Below are positions 29,213 to 38,966 of a stretch of 64,000 nucleotides of DNA, in pieces. The DNA is taken from contig CAWAGQ010000004.1 of the NCBI GenBank assembly GCA_963781585.1, positions 160,001 through 224,000 on the forward strand. Direction: 5' to 3'. This DNA is from an uncultured Gemmatimonadaceae bacterium (lineage in GTDB: Bacteria > Gemmatimonadota > Gemmatimonadetes > Gemmatimonadales > Gemmatimonadaceae). The notes under the pieces are model-generated. The model was not told where the DNA came from and made no database searches. It was given only the letters and a program-made list of their open reading frames with translations. Every line of letters begins with the position of its first letter. Position 1 is the first letter of the stretch. A program made the translations under genes and the position numbers.

Positions 29213-30896
29213 ATGCACCATCGTGCTGTCGGTGCTGCTCTGGCTGGTGCCGTGCGCCGTCACCGCTCAGGCTGGATCGCTTCCGCAGGCGCTGAACCTG
29301 GAGCAGGCGGGAAAGTGCGGCGACGCGTTCCCGCTTTATCGGCAGGCACTCGGCGAGGGTGATGTCGCCGGGGCCCTGCTCGGCCTCGAACGATGTGCGT
29401 CGGAGCTCGGTCGCGGCGACACCCTGTTGGTGGTGCTGGACAGCGTACTGCGGCTTCGCCCGCGCGATCCGGTGGCGCGCGACGCGCAGCTGCGCACGCT
29501 GACCTCGGCGGAGCGGTTCGACGCGGCGTCGGCGGCGTTCTCGCAATGGACGGCCGCCGCGCCCGGGGATGCCGCGCCTTATCGCCAGTACGCGCACCTG
29601 CTGCTCCAGGCCGGCCGGCCGGCCGCCGCCGATACCGTCCTCACCGCCGCGACCTTGGCGTTAGGCGGCACGCGTGAAATCGCCGCCGAGCTGGCGGAGA
29701 TGCGTGCCACACTCGGGATGTGGGATGCGTCGGCGCGAAGCTGGCGTGAAGCCATGGTGTCGCTGCCGTACCTCGAACAGGCGGCGGTGTACGTCCTGAG
29801 CCAGGCGCCGCCCGCGGCGCGCGACTCGGTGCGCACGGTGCTGCGAGGCCCCCCGGTCGAGATCCACGTGCGTCGAATACTCGCGGGACTCGAGTTGCGC
29901 TGGCGCTCCGCCAGCGAGGCCTGGCGGGCCCTGAGCGTGCTCCCCGCGAGCGATTCCGCGGTCGCCGCGTGGCTCGAGTTCGCCGCCGATGCCTCGCAGC
30001 AGGACGCGTGGCTCGCGGCGCGCGACGCGTACGTGGCGGTGCTCGATCACGGCGCGCCGGGCGACAAACTCGTGGTCAACGCCGCGACGGCCGCACTCCG
30101 GGGCGGTGAGCCCGCCTCCGCGGTGGAGATTCTGGACGCACACCCGACCACCGCCGACTCGTCGGTCGCGACGCGGATGGTGCTGCTGCGCGTGCGTGCG
30201 TTGAGTGACATGGGACGCCCCACCATGGCCGACAGTCTCCTTGGTGCAAACGCCTCCGTGCTCGATTCCGCATCGCGCGACGAAGCGATTCGAGCGGTCG
30301 CATGGGGCTGGATCCGCAGCGGTGACGTGGAGCAGGCCAGGACCACTCTGGCACGCTCCGCCTCGAGTGCCGGTCCCGATGACGAACTGGCCTCGTGGTT
30401 TGCGCTTTACGAGGGCGATCTCAAGACGGCGCGCTCGGGCCTCCGCCATTTCGACGAGACCTCGCGGGACGCGGTGCTCGCCATGGCCCTGTTGACGCGA
30501 ACCCGCGCCGATACGTCCGTGAACGCGGGCCAGGCCTTTCTGGCGCTGGCCCGCGGCGACACGGCGCGAGCCGCCGCCGCATTCGAGGCGACAGCCGCGA
30601 CGCTCACCGATGCCGCCCCATTCATGCTGGGGGTCGCGGCACGGCTGTATCGGAGCACGCCCGATTCACTGCGGAGTCCCGGCATCTGGAAGATGCTCAT
30701 CGAGCAGTACGCGCAGGCACCGGAGGCCGCCGAAGCCGACCTCGAGTGGGCCCGCACGCTCCGCCGCCACGGCGACAATGCTGACGCGGTCACGCGCCTC
30801 GAGCATCTTATACTGACGTATCCGCAAAGCGCCCTCGTCCCGCAGGCCCGGCGCGAGCTGGAGCTCGCGAAGGGCGCCATTCCTCCGCTTCGATGA
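29196..30896 (+). CDS. Secreted TPR-repeat protein
   Basis: Signal-like N-terminus, Ala/Leu-rich helical repeats, C-terminal LIEQY...PEA...LEHLILTYPQSALVPQAR (BamD/CpoB-like TPR end). Start uncertain. Confidence 0.8.
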   Translation: MASGRRCTIVLSVLLWLVPCAVTAQAGSLPQALNLEQAGKCGDAFPLYRQALGEGDVAGALLGLERCASELGRGDTLLVVLDSVLRLRPRDPVARDAQLRTLTSAERFDAASAAFSQWTAAAPGDAAPYRQYAHLLLQAGRPAAADTVLTAATLALGGTREIAAELAEMRATLGMWDASARSWREAMVSLPYLEQAAVYVLSQAPPAARDSVRTVLRGPPVEIHVRRILAGLELRWRSASEAWRALSVLPASDSAVAAWLEFAADASQQDAWLAARDAYVAVLDHGAPGDKLVVNAATAALRGGEPASAVEILDAHPTTADSSVATRMVLLRVRALSDMGRPTMADSLLGANASVLDSASRDEAIRAVAWGWIRSGDVEQARTTLARSASSAGPDDELASWFALYEGDLKTARSGLRHFDETSRDAVLAMALLTRTRADTSVNAGQAFLALARGDTARAAAAFEATAATLTDAAPFMLGVAARLYRSTPDSLRSPGIWKMLIEQYAQAPEAAEADLEWARTLRRHGDNADAVTRLEHLILTYPQSALVPQARRELELAKGAIPPLR

Positions 30897-32215
30897 TTCC
30901 TTCATCTGGACGCCAGCTTTCGCCGGTCGCGACACCCCGGCCCCGTCCGCGACGCTCGTCAATCGCCGCGCTCGCGCTCATGCTGGCGGTCGGCCTGCCG
31001 GTGGCCGGGCACGCACAACACTTGCTCGTCCCGATGGACGACTCGCAGACCAACGATCTCAAGGCGTACGGACTGACGTACAATGCCCTGCGCGACGGGA
31101 TCAAGGCGGAGTGGTTTCTGAACTACCGCGGCGGATCGTTTCTCCTTCCCGATCTGCCGGAGCTGCGTCGGCGCGCGTCGCTCGACGGGATCGTCTTCGA
31201 GGCGGTAAACGATGCCGCGCTCGCGTCGATCCGCGCCGAGATCGCCGAAAACAACATGGACGCGATCTCGCTCGAGCGAGCGCCCAGGATCGCCATCTAC
31301 ACGCCGCCGAAGGCGCCGCCGTGGGACGATGCGGTCACCCTCGCGCTCAAGTACGCCGGAATCGAATACACGGCCGTCTGGGACGACGAGGTCATGAACG
31401 GCGACCTGGTGAAGTACGACTGGCTGCATCTGCACCACGAGGACTTCACCGGGCAGTTGAACAAGTTGTATCTGACGTATCGCGATGTGCCGTGGTTCGT
31501 CGAGCAGCGCGACTGGAACCTGGCTGCCGCCAAGCGGCTGGGGTTCGCGAACATTCCGGCGCTGAAGAAGGCGGTGGCCGAGAAGATCCGGCAGTATGTG
31601 GAACGCGGCGGGTTCCTGTTCGCCATGTGCGGCGCCACCGAGACGCTGGCGCTCGCCATCGCGGCCGACAAGACCGACATCGCCGCCGCGTACGCCGATG
31701 GCACACCGATGGACGAGAACGCCGACGCCATGCTCGACTGGGACCGCTCGTTCGCGTTCCAGAATGTGCATCTGGAGCAGTCGGCCTTCGTGAACTCGAT
31801 GAGCGACATCGACGGCCATCAGGTGAACGTACCTGGCCGCCGCCAGGCGCTTGGCCAATTCACGCTGTTTTCGTTCTCGGCCAAATTCGACCCCGTGCCG
31901 AGCATGCTGGTGCAGGATCATCGCACGGTGATCCCCGACTTCTACGGCGTAACAACCAGCTTCACCAAGGCGACTCTCAAGCCCGGCGTTACGGTTCTCG
32001 CGAGCGAAGAGGGCGCGCCGTGGGTCAAGTACATCCACGGCGACTACGGGAAGGGCTCGTGGACATTCCTTGGCGGGCATGATCCCGAATCGCCGCAGCA
32101 CAACATCGGTGCCGCGCCCACCGATCTGTCGCTCTTCCCGACCTCGCCCGGCTATCGCCTGATTCTGAACAACGTGCTCTTCCCGGCGGCGAAGAAGAAA
32201 CCGCTGAAGACCTAG
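30893..32215 (+). CDS. Secreted class-I glutamine-amidotransferase-like protein (family often labelled 'asparagine synthetase B')
   Basis: Signal peptide, LLVPMD..Q..LKAYG, PWDDAVTLAL.YA, YDWLHLHHEDFTGQ, GGFLFAMC, GGHDPE, SPGYRLILNNVLFPAA. Confidence 0.75.
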   Translation: MIPSSGRQLSPVATPRPRPRRSSIAALALMLAVGLPVAGHAQHLLVPMDDSQTNDLKAYGLTYNALRDGIKAEWFLNYRGGSFLLPDLPELRRRASLDGIVFEAVNDAALASIRAEIAENNMDAISLERAPRIAIYTPPKAPPWDDAVTLALKYAGIEYTAVWDDEVMNGDLVKYDWLHLHHEDFTGQLNKLYLTYRDVPWFVEQRDWNLAAAKRLGFANIPALKKAVAEKIRQYVERGGFLFAMCGATETLALAIAADKTDIAAAYADGTPMDENADAMLDWDRSFAFQNVHLEQSAFVNSMSDIDGHQVNVPGRRQALGQFTLFSFSAKFDPVPSMLVQDHRTVIPDFYGVTTSFTKATLKPGVTVLASEEGAPWVKYIHGDYGKGSWTFLGGHDPESPQHNIGAAPTDLSLFPTSPGYRLILNNVLFPAAKKKPLKT

Positions 32216-32218
32216 GGC

Positions 32219-34723
32219 GTGTCGGCGCGCATTGCGGCCAGCGCCGCGGCGGGGATCCGCACGGCGATCAGCCTGGCCGGCGGCAGGGAAGTGTGTTTCG
32301 TCTGCACGGCCGACGCGGACGGCAGCGTGGTCACCGCACGGGTGGTTTCCAGGGGCGATGTGCGCGGCGTGCTCGCACTCCCCGGGTTCGCCCAGCGCGG
32401 CGAACTGCTGCTCCACAACCATCCCTCGGGAATCCTGGAGCCGTCGGATCCGGATCTGGAGATCGCGGCGCGGATGCACGACCAGGGCGTGGGCTTCGCC
32501 ATCACCAACAACGACGCGACCGATCTCTACGTGGTGGTGGAGGTGCCGCGGGTCCGACCAGTGATTCGGGTCGATCTGGCGGAGATCGAAGCCGAACTCG
32601 GTCCGGACGGCGACATCGCCCGCCTCCACGCGCGCTACGAGGACCGTCCGGGGCAGCGTGCCTACGCGCGATCGGTGGCCCGGCTGTACAACGGTGGCGG
32701 CATCGGACTCCTCGAAGCCGGTACCGGGATCGGCAAGTCGTTAGGCTATCTGCTTCCGGCGCTGCGCTGGGCGGCCGCCAACGGGGAGCGTACCATCGTC
32801 TCCACCAACACCATCAACCTCCAGGAGCAGCTGGTCGGCAAGGACCTCCCGTTTCTCGCGCAGGCGCTGCGGGACCAACCGGTGCGATTCGCGCTGCTCA
32901 AGGGATGGCGGAACTACCTCTGCCTCCATCGGCTCGACCAGGCCCGGTCGGCCGGCACCACCCTGTTCGATGCCGACGCGGAGGGCGATCTCGAGATGCT
33001 CTCGGCGTGGGCGGCGCGCACGCGCGACGGAACGCGCAGCGACCTGCCGGTCGAGCCTCGCGACGAGGTGTGGGACGAGGTGGCGGCGGAATCCGACCTC
33101 TGCCTGCGGCTCAAGTGCCCGCATTTCGACCGCTGCTTTCTCTATGCGGCCCGGCGTGAGGCGGCGCAGGCCGACGTCATCGTGGTGAATCATCACCTGC
33201 TGCTCGCCGATCTGGCGGTGCGTCGAAGCACCCAGAACTGGGAGGACGCCGCGGTCCTTCCCCCCTACCGGCGTCTGGTGATCGACGAAGGGCACCATCT
33301 GGAGGACGCGGCGGCCGCCCACCTGGGGGCATCGATCTCCCGGAGGGGCCTCGATCGGTTGCTCACCCGCCTGGAGCGCCGCGGCAAGGGGCTCCTTCCG
33401 ACGCTGGCCGCCAGGCTCGAGGGGCGGAAGGATCTGCTGAGCGTGGCGAGCCTCGACCTGGTGCATGCGCGCCTCTTCTCCTCGGTCCGCGCGGCAGCTG
33501 CGAAAGGGGGGCTGGTGTTCGACCTGCTCGACACCGTGCTGGTGGAAGCCTCGCAGCCGGTCCTTCGGGTGGACGACGCCTTTGGCGAACACCCCGCGTG
33601 GCGTGGCGGGCTGCGGGCCGCGCTCGACGATCTGGTGGGGGAATTGGCGCTGCTGGCCGATGGACTGCGCCTGGTGCGAGAGCGGCTCGAGCAGGACCCG
33701 CTTGCCGCCGAGCAGGTCGCCGCGCTGATCGGAGAGGTGCGCGGCGTGACGCGCCGGCTCCAGGCCGCGGGCGACGCACTGCGATCGGGCCTCTCGCCCT
33801 CTCCCGACGCACCGCCGGCCGTGCGCTGGATGGAAATCCGCGGACGGGACCGCAATCTGGCGGTGACGTCGGTGCCGCTGGACCTGGCGCCGATTCTGCG
33901 CGACGACCTGTTCCGGCGTCTCGAGACGGGCGTGGTGACCAGCGCCACGCTTGCCGCCGAGGGGCGTTTCGACTTTCTGCGGGGGCGGCTGGGGCTGGAC
34001 GAGCCCGATGTGGAGCCCGAGTGCGGCGTGTTCCGGTCGCCGTTCGACTTCTACTCTCAGTCGGTGCTGGGGATCCCGATCGATTTTCCGGCGCCTAACG
34101 ACGATCCGCGCGCGCACCTGGACGCCGTCTCGTCGGCGGTGGCCGAACTGGTCGAAATGGCGGACGGCGGCGTGTTCGCGCTGTTCACGAGTCATCGGGA
34201 CGTGCGTCTGGTGGCCGAGGCGCTGCGTGCCCGCGGGATCGACCGGCGATGGCCCCTGCTGGTGCATGGGGACGAAGGGCGCGATGTGTTGTTGCGCCGA
34301 TTCCGGGAGACGGGGCGCGGCGTGCTGCTCGGCACGGCGAGTTTCTGGGAGGGGGTGGATGTGCCCGGACAGCCGCTGCGGGTGCTCGTGCTTGCGAAAC
34401 TTCCGTTTCGCGTTCCCACCGAGCCGCTCACCGCCGCGCGAAGCGAGGCGGTGGAGGCGCGGGGTGGGAATGCCTTCCTCGACTACCTTCTTCCGGACGC
34501 GGCCCTCAAACTCAAGCAGGGCTTCGGACGCCTCATCCGGACGACTGAGGACTACGGCGCCGTGGTGCTGATGGATCCGCGGGTCTTCACCCGGTCGTAT
34601 GGCGCGTCGTTGGTGGACGGCCTCCCGCCCGCCCGCCGCGTCGTGGGCCCGTGGGATGAGGTGCGACGCGAGATCGCGAAGTTGTTCGCCCACGTGTCGC
34701 CCACCGCCCTCACCGTGCGCTAG
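32219..34723 (+). CDS. dinG: DinG/YoaA-family Fe-S helicase with N-terminal JAB/MPN domain
   Basis: HNHPSG..EPS..D; AGTGIGKS; LKG..NYLC and CLRLKCPHFDRC; DEGHH; TSATL; FWEGVDVPG; QGFGRLIR. Confidence 0.9.
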   Translation: MSARIAASAAAGIRTAISLAGGREVCFVCTADADGSVVTARVVSRGDVRGVLALPGFAQRGELLLHNHPSGILEPSDPDLEIAARMHDQGVGFAITNNDATDLYVVVEVPRVRPVIRVDLAEIEAELGPDGDIARLHARYEDRPGQRAYARSVARLYNGGGIGLLEAGTGIGKSLGYLLPALRWAAANGERTIVSTNTINLQEQLVGKDLPFLAQALRDQPVRFALLKGWRNYLCLHRLDQARSAGTTLFDADAEGDLEMLSAWAARTRDGTRSDLPVEPRDEVWDEVAAESDLCLRLKCPHFDRCFLYAARREAAQADVIVVNHHLLLADLAVRRSTQNWEDAAVLPPYRRLVIDEGHHLEDAAAAHLGASISRRGLDRLLTRLERRGKGLLPTLAARLEGRKDLLSVASLDLVHARLFSSVRAAAAKGGLVFDLLDTVLVEASQPVLRVDDAFGEHPAWRGGLRAALDDLVGELALLADGLRLVRERLEQDPLAAEQVAALIGEVRGVTRRLQAAGDALRSGLSPSPDAPPAVRWMEIRGRDRNLAVTSVPLDLAPILRDDLFRRLETGVVTSATLAAEGRFDFLRGRLGLDEPDVEPECGVFRSPFDFYSQSVLGIPIDFPAPNDDPRAHLDAVSSAVAELVEMADGGVFALFTSHRDVRLVAEALRARGIDRRWPLLVHGDEGRDVLLRRFRETGRGVLLGTASFWEGVDVPGQPLRVLVLAKLPFRVPTEPLTAARSEAVEARGGNAFLDYLLPDAALKLKQGFGRLIRTTEDYGAVVLMDPRVFTRSYGASLVDGLPPARRVVGPWDEVRREIAKLFAHVSPTALTVR

Positions 34724-34877
34724 ATTCGCCCACCCACCCATGGTTCCCTCCCACGGCGCGCACGCGGAACCGGGCGAGACTCGATGGTCGTGTTCGCGCG
34801 CCGCCGACCACCGATGATCGCTGGACGCGGAACCCCTGTAGCTGATAACTCACTTCGTCTGAGAACCGATCCATCCC

Positions 34878-35495
34878 ATGCTTCCCCGTCCCTCGAAAAT
34901 CGTCTGCGTCGGCCGGAACTACCTCGAACACGCCAAAGAGCTCGGCAATGACGTTCCCAGTGAACCGCTGATCTTCCTCAAGCCGCCGTCGAGTATCATC
35001 GCAGACGGCGATTACATCGAGCTGCCGCCGCAGTCGACACAGGTGGATCACGAAGCCGAGATCGGGATCATCATCGGCAAACGCCTCAGAAACGCGAACG
35101 AGGACGCGGCGACGCAGGCAATCCGTGGTGTCGCTGCACTCAACGACGTCACCGCCAGGGATCTGCAGCGAAAGGACGGCCAATGGACGCGTGCGAAGGG
35201 ATTCGACACGTTCTGTCCGATCGGTGACGTGTTCGAGGGAAAGGTGGACCTCGGCGCCCTGGAGCTCGTCGGCAAAGTGAATGATGAGGTCCGACAGCAC
35301 GCGACGAGCGACGAAATGGTGTTCCCCATTCCGCTACTGTTGTCGTACATCTCGCACGTCATGACGCTCGAGCCCGGCGACGTGGTGGCAACCGGCACGC
35401 CGGCCGGAATCTCCAGGCTGCAACCAGGCGACGTGGTGGAAGTCGAGATCGTCGGGGTTGGCAGGGTGCGCAATCCGGTGCGGAGTGCGGGCTAG
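34878..35495 (+). CDS. Fumarylacetoacetate hydrolase family protein
   Basis: KIVCVGRNY.EHAKE, FLKP, HEAE, NDVTARDLQ, KGFDTFCP, TGTPAG. Confidence 0.95.
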   Translation: MLPRPSKIVCVGRNYLEHAKELGNDVPSEPLIFLKPPSSIIADGDYIELPPQSTQVDHEAEIGIIIGKRLRNANEDAATQAIRGVAALNDVTARDLQRKDGQWTRAKGFDTFCPIGDVFEGKVDLGALELVGKVNDEVRQHATSDEMVFPIPLLLSYISHVMTLEPGDVVATGTPAGISRLQPGDVVEVEIVGVGRVRNPVRSAG

Positions 35496-35709
35496 CATCT
35501 TGCAGGGCACGCGACGTGGGGTGCGCGGAGCGAAATGTGTCTGACTATGGGCACTGTCCACGGTGCCTGACTATGCAGCGGCAGGTTCCGACCGACAGCG
35601 CTCCGCGTGCAGCGGAGCTGTGTCGCAACCAGTAGATTACTGCGGGGTAGCTAGAGATCCGCCGTCCGGCGACGGGGGTTCCTTCCTGGCGTCGAGAGCA
35701 TATTCACGG

Positions 35710-36651
35710 ATGAGAATGCAGCTCCGACTCGCACGAAACGCCCAGCTCGAAGCAAGCGCCGAACCACCGAAGCGGCGATTGGTGTCGCCGACGGCGATTT
35801 CGCTGGTGCTGCACGTGGTGCTCGGAGTCGCCCTGTGGAACGCCCTGCTGGTGCCTGCCGGTTTCCAGCGACTGCTCACGCCGCGCGAGACCACCCCGCG
35901 AACCGGGGAGCGGGTCGAATTCGTGACCACCGCACCGGCGGCGAACTCCGCGGTCGCGCCGGCACGCCCCGGCCAGCCTTCGGCGCGACCGGCGGCGCAG
36001 GAGCCCCCTCCGTTGGTTGCCCCCACGGAGGTTCCTGCCAGCATTCCGGAGCCGGCGAAACCAGGGGCGCCCGTTCCCTCATCGCTGTCGGGCAGCGGTC
36101 CGCCGGGCGCGCTGGCCGGCGGCACCGGGCCATCGCGTGGTGCGCAGCCGACCTACGTGGATCCTCGCGTCTGGGTCGAGGCGCCCCCGCTGGTGTACGC
36201 GCCCAAGACGGACGAGGAGCGTCTCGACAGTGCGCTGGTAACGACGCTGCGACGGACAGCGGATTCCCTCGCGGCGAACACCCACACGCCTAACAAGTTC
36301 GAGCGCGGCGACTGGACGGTGGAACGGAACGGAAAGAAATACGGGATCGATCAGAAGTACATTCACCTCGGAAGCTTCTCCATTCCCACCGCGCTGCTCG
36401 CGCTCCTGCCGCTGAATCGGGCACAGGGGAATCCGATCGCCATGGATCGGGATCGCGAGATGGCATTCATGCATTCCGACATTCAGTATCACGCGCAGGC
36501 GGCGCTCACCGAGGCGCAATTCCGGGCAGCGGTGAATGCGATCCGCGAGCGCAAGGATCGGGAGCATCGGGGACTGGGCAGGACAGTGGCCGGCTCCATC
36601 CCCGGCGATCCGCGCACGCTGGTGGCGCCGGGCGAGCGCCCGCCCCAGTAG
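35710..36651 (+). CDS. Hypothetical single-pass membrane protein with Pro-rich linker (TonB-like architecture)
   Basis: TM segment AISLVLHVVLGVALW (S..LH motif), Pro/Ala-rich linker, globular C-terminus. Start uncertain. Confidence 0.7.
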   Translation: MRMQLRLARNAQLEASAEPPKRRLVSPTAISLVLHVVLGVALWNALLVPAGFQRLLTPRETTPRTGERVEFVTTAPAANSAVAPARPGQPSARPAAQEPPPLVAPTEVPASIPEPAKPGAPVPSSLSGSGPPGALAGGTGPSRGAQPTYVDPRVWVEAPPLVYAPKTDEERLDSALVTTLRRTADSLAANTHTPNKFERGDWTVERNGKKYGIDQKYIHLGSFSIPTALLALLPLNRAQGNPIAMDRDREMAFMHSDIQYHAQAALTEAQFRAAVNAIRERKDREHRGLGRTVAGSIPGDPRTLVAPGERPPQ

Positions 36652-36679
36652 GGCTGCACGGGCGAGCACGCGGGCAAGC

Positions 36680-37318
36680 TCAGCCCGCCGCCTCCGGCTC
36701 GTCGTGGAAGGGGCGAAGTACCGCGGCCACCACCCCGAGCACCTCGAAATCATCGTTCGGTCCCACAATCCACTCCGGCTCGTCGGCCGACGCCGTTGTG
36801 AGGGCGACGTGCATCCCGCGATGCGACAGCGACCGCACGAGGCACTGGTCTCCCACTCGCACCGCCACCGCGTCAGTTTCGCGGGCCCGCACCGACGGGT
36901 TCACCAGCACCAGATCACCGTGCTGAATGCCGCGGGCGTTCATCGCCTGATCGGCCACCCGCAGAAAAAATGCATCGTCGCTGGGCACGAAGGCGCGATC
37001 CATGGCGATGAACCGTACGCGATTGCCATCGGTGAGGCGTGGGCCGGCGGAATTCACCGCCGCGTACAGTGGAACCGGCTGCGTCTGGCCGATGGATGAG
37101 AATCCGATGATGCGCACGCCACGGGACCGGGCGCCGTTGCGCTCGATGTATCCCTTGATCTCGAGCGAGCGGAGAATCTCGGCGACCGATTTGGTGGACT
37201 TGATGCGGAAGTGCCGGCCGATGTCGCGGACGCTCGGCTGGAACGTGTTCTCCGCGAGGAAATCGATCAGGTAGTGGTAGACGCGCCGCTCGAGCGGCGT
37301 GAGCGGCTCCGGCATCAC
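36680..37318 (-). CDS. lexA: LexA-like repressor with degenerate S24 peptidase domain
   Basis: LTPLERRVY..L.....QPSVRDIG..F.IKS...V...L..LE.KGYIER...RSRG winged helix; C-domain FFLRV....M...GI..GDLVLV. Confidence 0.8.
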   Translation of the reverse strand: MMPEPLTPLERRVYHYLIDFLAENTFQPSVRDIGRHFRIKSTKSVAEILRSLEIKGYIERNGARSRGVRIIGFSSIGQTQPVPLYAAVNSAGPRLTDGNRVRFIAMDRAFVPSDDAFFLRVADQAMNARGIQHGDLVLVNPSVRARETDAVAVRVGDQCLVRSLSHRGMHVALTTASADEPEWIVGPNDDFEVLGVVAAVLRPFHDEPEAAG

Positions 37319-37463
37319 GACTCCGCGCAGTCAGGTCCCGGTGCGTGAGACCGAGTGGTGCAGCGCCCGAGATTGCATCACGCCACTGACCGCGTCAACC
37401 GCTCCGGCCCGCATCGAGGACGCGCGATCCGGCGGCTGGCTTGCCTTCGGACTGACCACCGCG

Positions 37464-38924
37464 TCAACCGCGCACGTTTTGGCCATCCGAGGCCTCGAGA
37501 TAGCGCACTGCCGCGTCCATACGATCGAGCGATTTTTCGCGCCGCAGGGCGAGCAGCACGTCGAAAATGCCGGGGCTCACCGCCAGACCTGTCAAAGCGA
37601 CGCGGAGGGGCTGGAAGATTTTGCCGCCCGCCACCCCTCGTTGCTCGGCGAGTCCGCGCAGGGAGGCCTCGAGGGACTCCGGGGTCCATTCCGCGACCGC
37701 CAGGCGGGCGCGCGCCTGCCGCAGGATGTCGGCCGACTCCACGGCGTCCTTCCAATTCCTGGCTACCGCGTCGGGATCGTAGTTGATGGCATCACGGAAG
37801 TACGGCGCGGCCTGCTGGACAATGTCGTGCGTGGTGCGCGCACGCACGCGCAGGAGGTCGAGGAGACGCAGCCACCAGTCGTGGCGCGTCTGGAGCTCGC
37901 CGGTCGAAACAAGGCCCGCGGCCACGATCAGCGGAGTGACGACGGGTTCCAGCCGATCGAGCGGAATGCGGCTCAGGTGCTGCCCGTTCATCCACTCCAG
38001 CTTCTTCGGATCGAAGATCGACGCCTTGCGGAGCATCCCATCGGACGAAAAGAGCTCGATCATCTCGGCCCGGGTCATGATCTCGCGATCGCCGCCGGGC
38101 GACCAGCCGAGGAGGGCCAGGAAGTTGCACATGGCCTCGGGGAGGATGCCGAGGTGCTGATAATCGGCCACCGCCGTGGCGCCGTGGCGCTTGCTCAACT
38201 TCTTCCCGTCCATCCCGTGGATCATCGGAAGGTGGGCGAACGTGGGCAGCGTCGCGCCCAGGGCGCGGTAGAGCATGATCTGCTTCGGAGTGTTCGAGAT
38301 GTGATCGTCGCCGCGCATAACGAGGCTGATGCGCATGGCGATATCGTCGGACACCACGGCCATGTTGTACACCGGCGTGCCGTCGGAGCGCAGGATGATG
38401 AAGTCGTCGACGTCCTGGTTGGGGAAGCTGATGTGCCCATGTACCAGGTCGTCCCATTCGGTGGTGCCGGCCGGAGCGCGGAAGCGGATGGCGTATGGCT
38501 CATTGCGTGCGAGACGGCGCTCGATCTCGTCGTGCGGAAGATCGGCGAGGCGGTGGTCGAACTTGAACGCCCGCCGTTCGGCCTCGGCGGCCCGGCGAAG
38601 CCGGTCGAGCTCCTCGGAAGGGGTGAAGTCGCGGTAGGCGTGGCCCGACTCGAGCAGTCGGCGTGCATCGCCCTGATGGCGCTCGAGATTCGCCCCCTGA
38701 TAGACGACCTCTTCGTCCCATTGGAGTCCGAGCCAGGTCAGGCCCTCGAAGATGGCCCGGGTGCTGGCGTCGGTACTCCGCGCCTTGTCGGTGTCCTCGA
38801 TCCGGAGCAGAAAAGTGCCGCCGTACTTTCGCGCGAAGAGCCAGTTGAACAGCGCCGTGCGCGCGCCGCCGACGTGGAGATAGCCGGTGGGCGACGGGGC
38901 GAACCGCAGGCGCGGCGCGTTCAC
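37464..38924 (-). CDS. gltX: Glutamate--tRNA ligase
   Basis: RFAPSPTGYLHVGGARTALFNW, LRIEDTD, RGDDH, KLSKRHG. Confidence 0.97.
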   Translation of the reverse strand: MNAPRLRFAPSPTGYLHVGGARTALFNWLFARKYGGTFLLRIEDTDKARSTDASTRAIFEGLTWLGLQWDEEVVYQGANLERHQGDARRLLESGHAYRDFTPSEELDRLRRAAEAERRAFKFDHRLADLPHDEIERRLARNEPYAIRFRAPAGTTEWDDLVHGHISFPNQDVDDFIILRSDGTPVYNMAVVSDDIAMRISLVMRGDDHISNTPKQIMLYRALGATLPTFAHLPMIHGMDGKKLSKRHGATAVADYQHLGILPEAMCNFLALLGWSPGGDREIMTRAEMIELFSSDGMLRKASIFDPKKLEWMNGQHLSRIPLDRLEPVVTPLIVAAGLVSTGELQTRHDWWLRLLDLLRVRARTTHDIVQQAAPYFRDAINYDPDAVARNWKDAVESADILRQARARLAVAEWTPESLEASLRGLAEQRGVAGGKIFQPLRVALTGLAVSPGIFDVLLALRREKSLDRMDAAVRYLEASDGQNVRG

Positions 38925-38966
38925 CTGAGCGCGCGTGCGGCGCGCCCGTGATCGGGCGTGTGTCGA

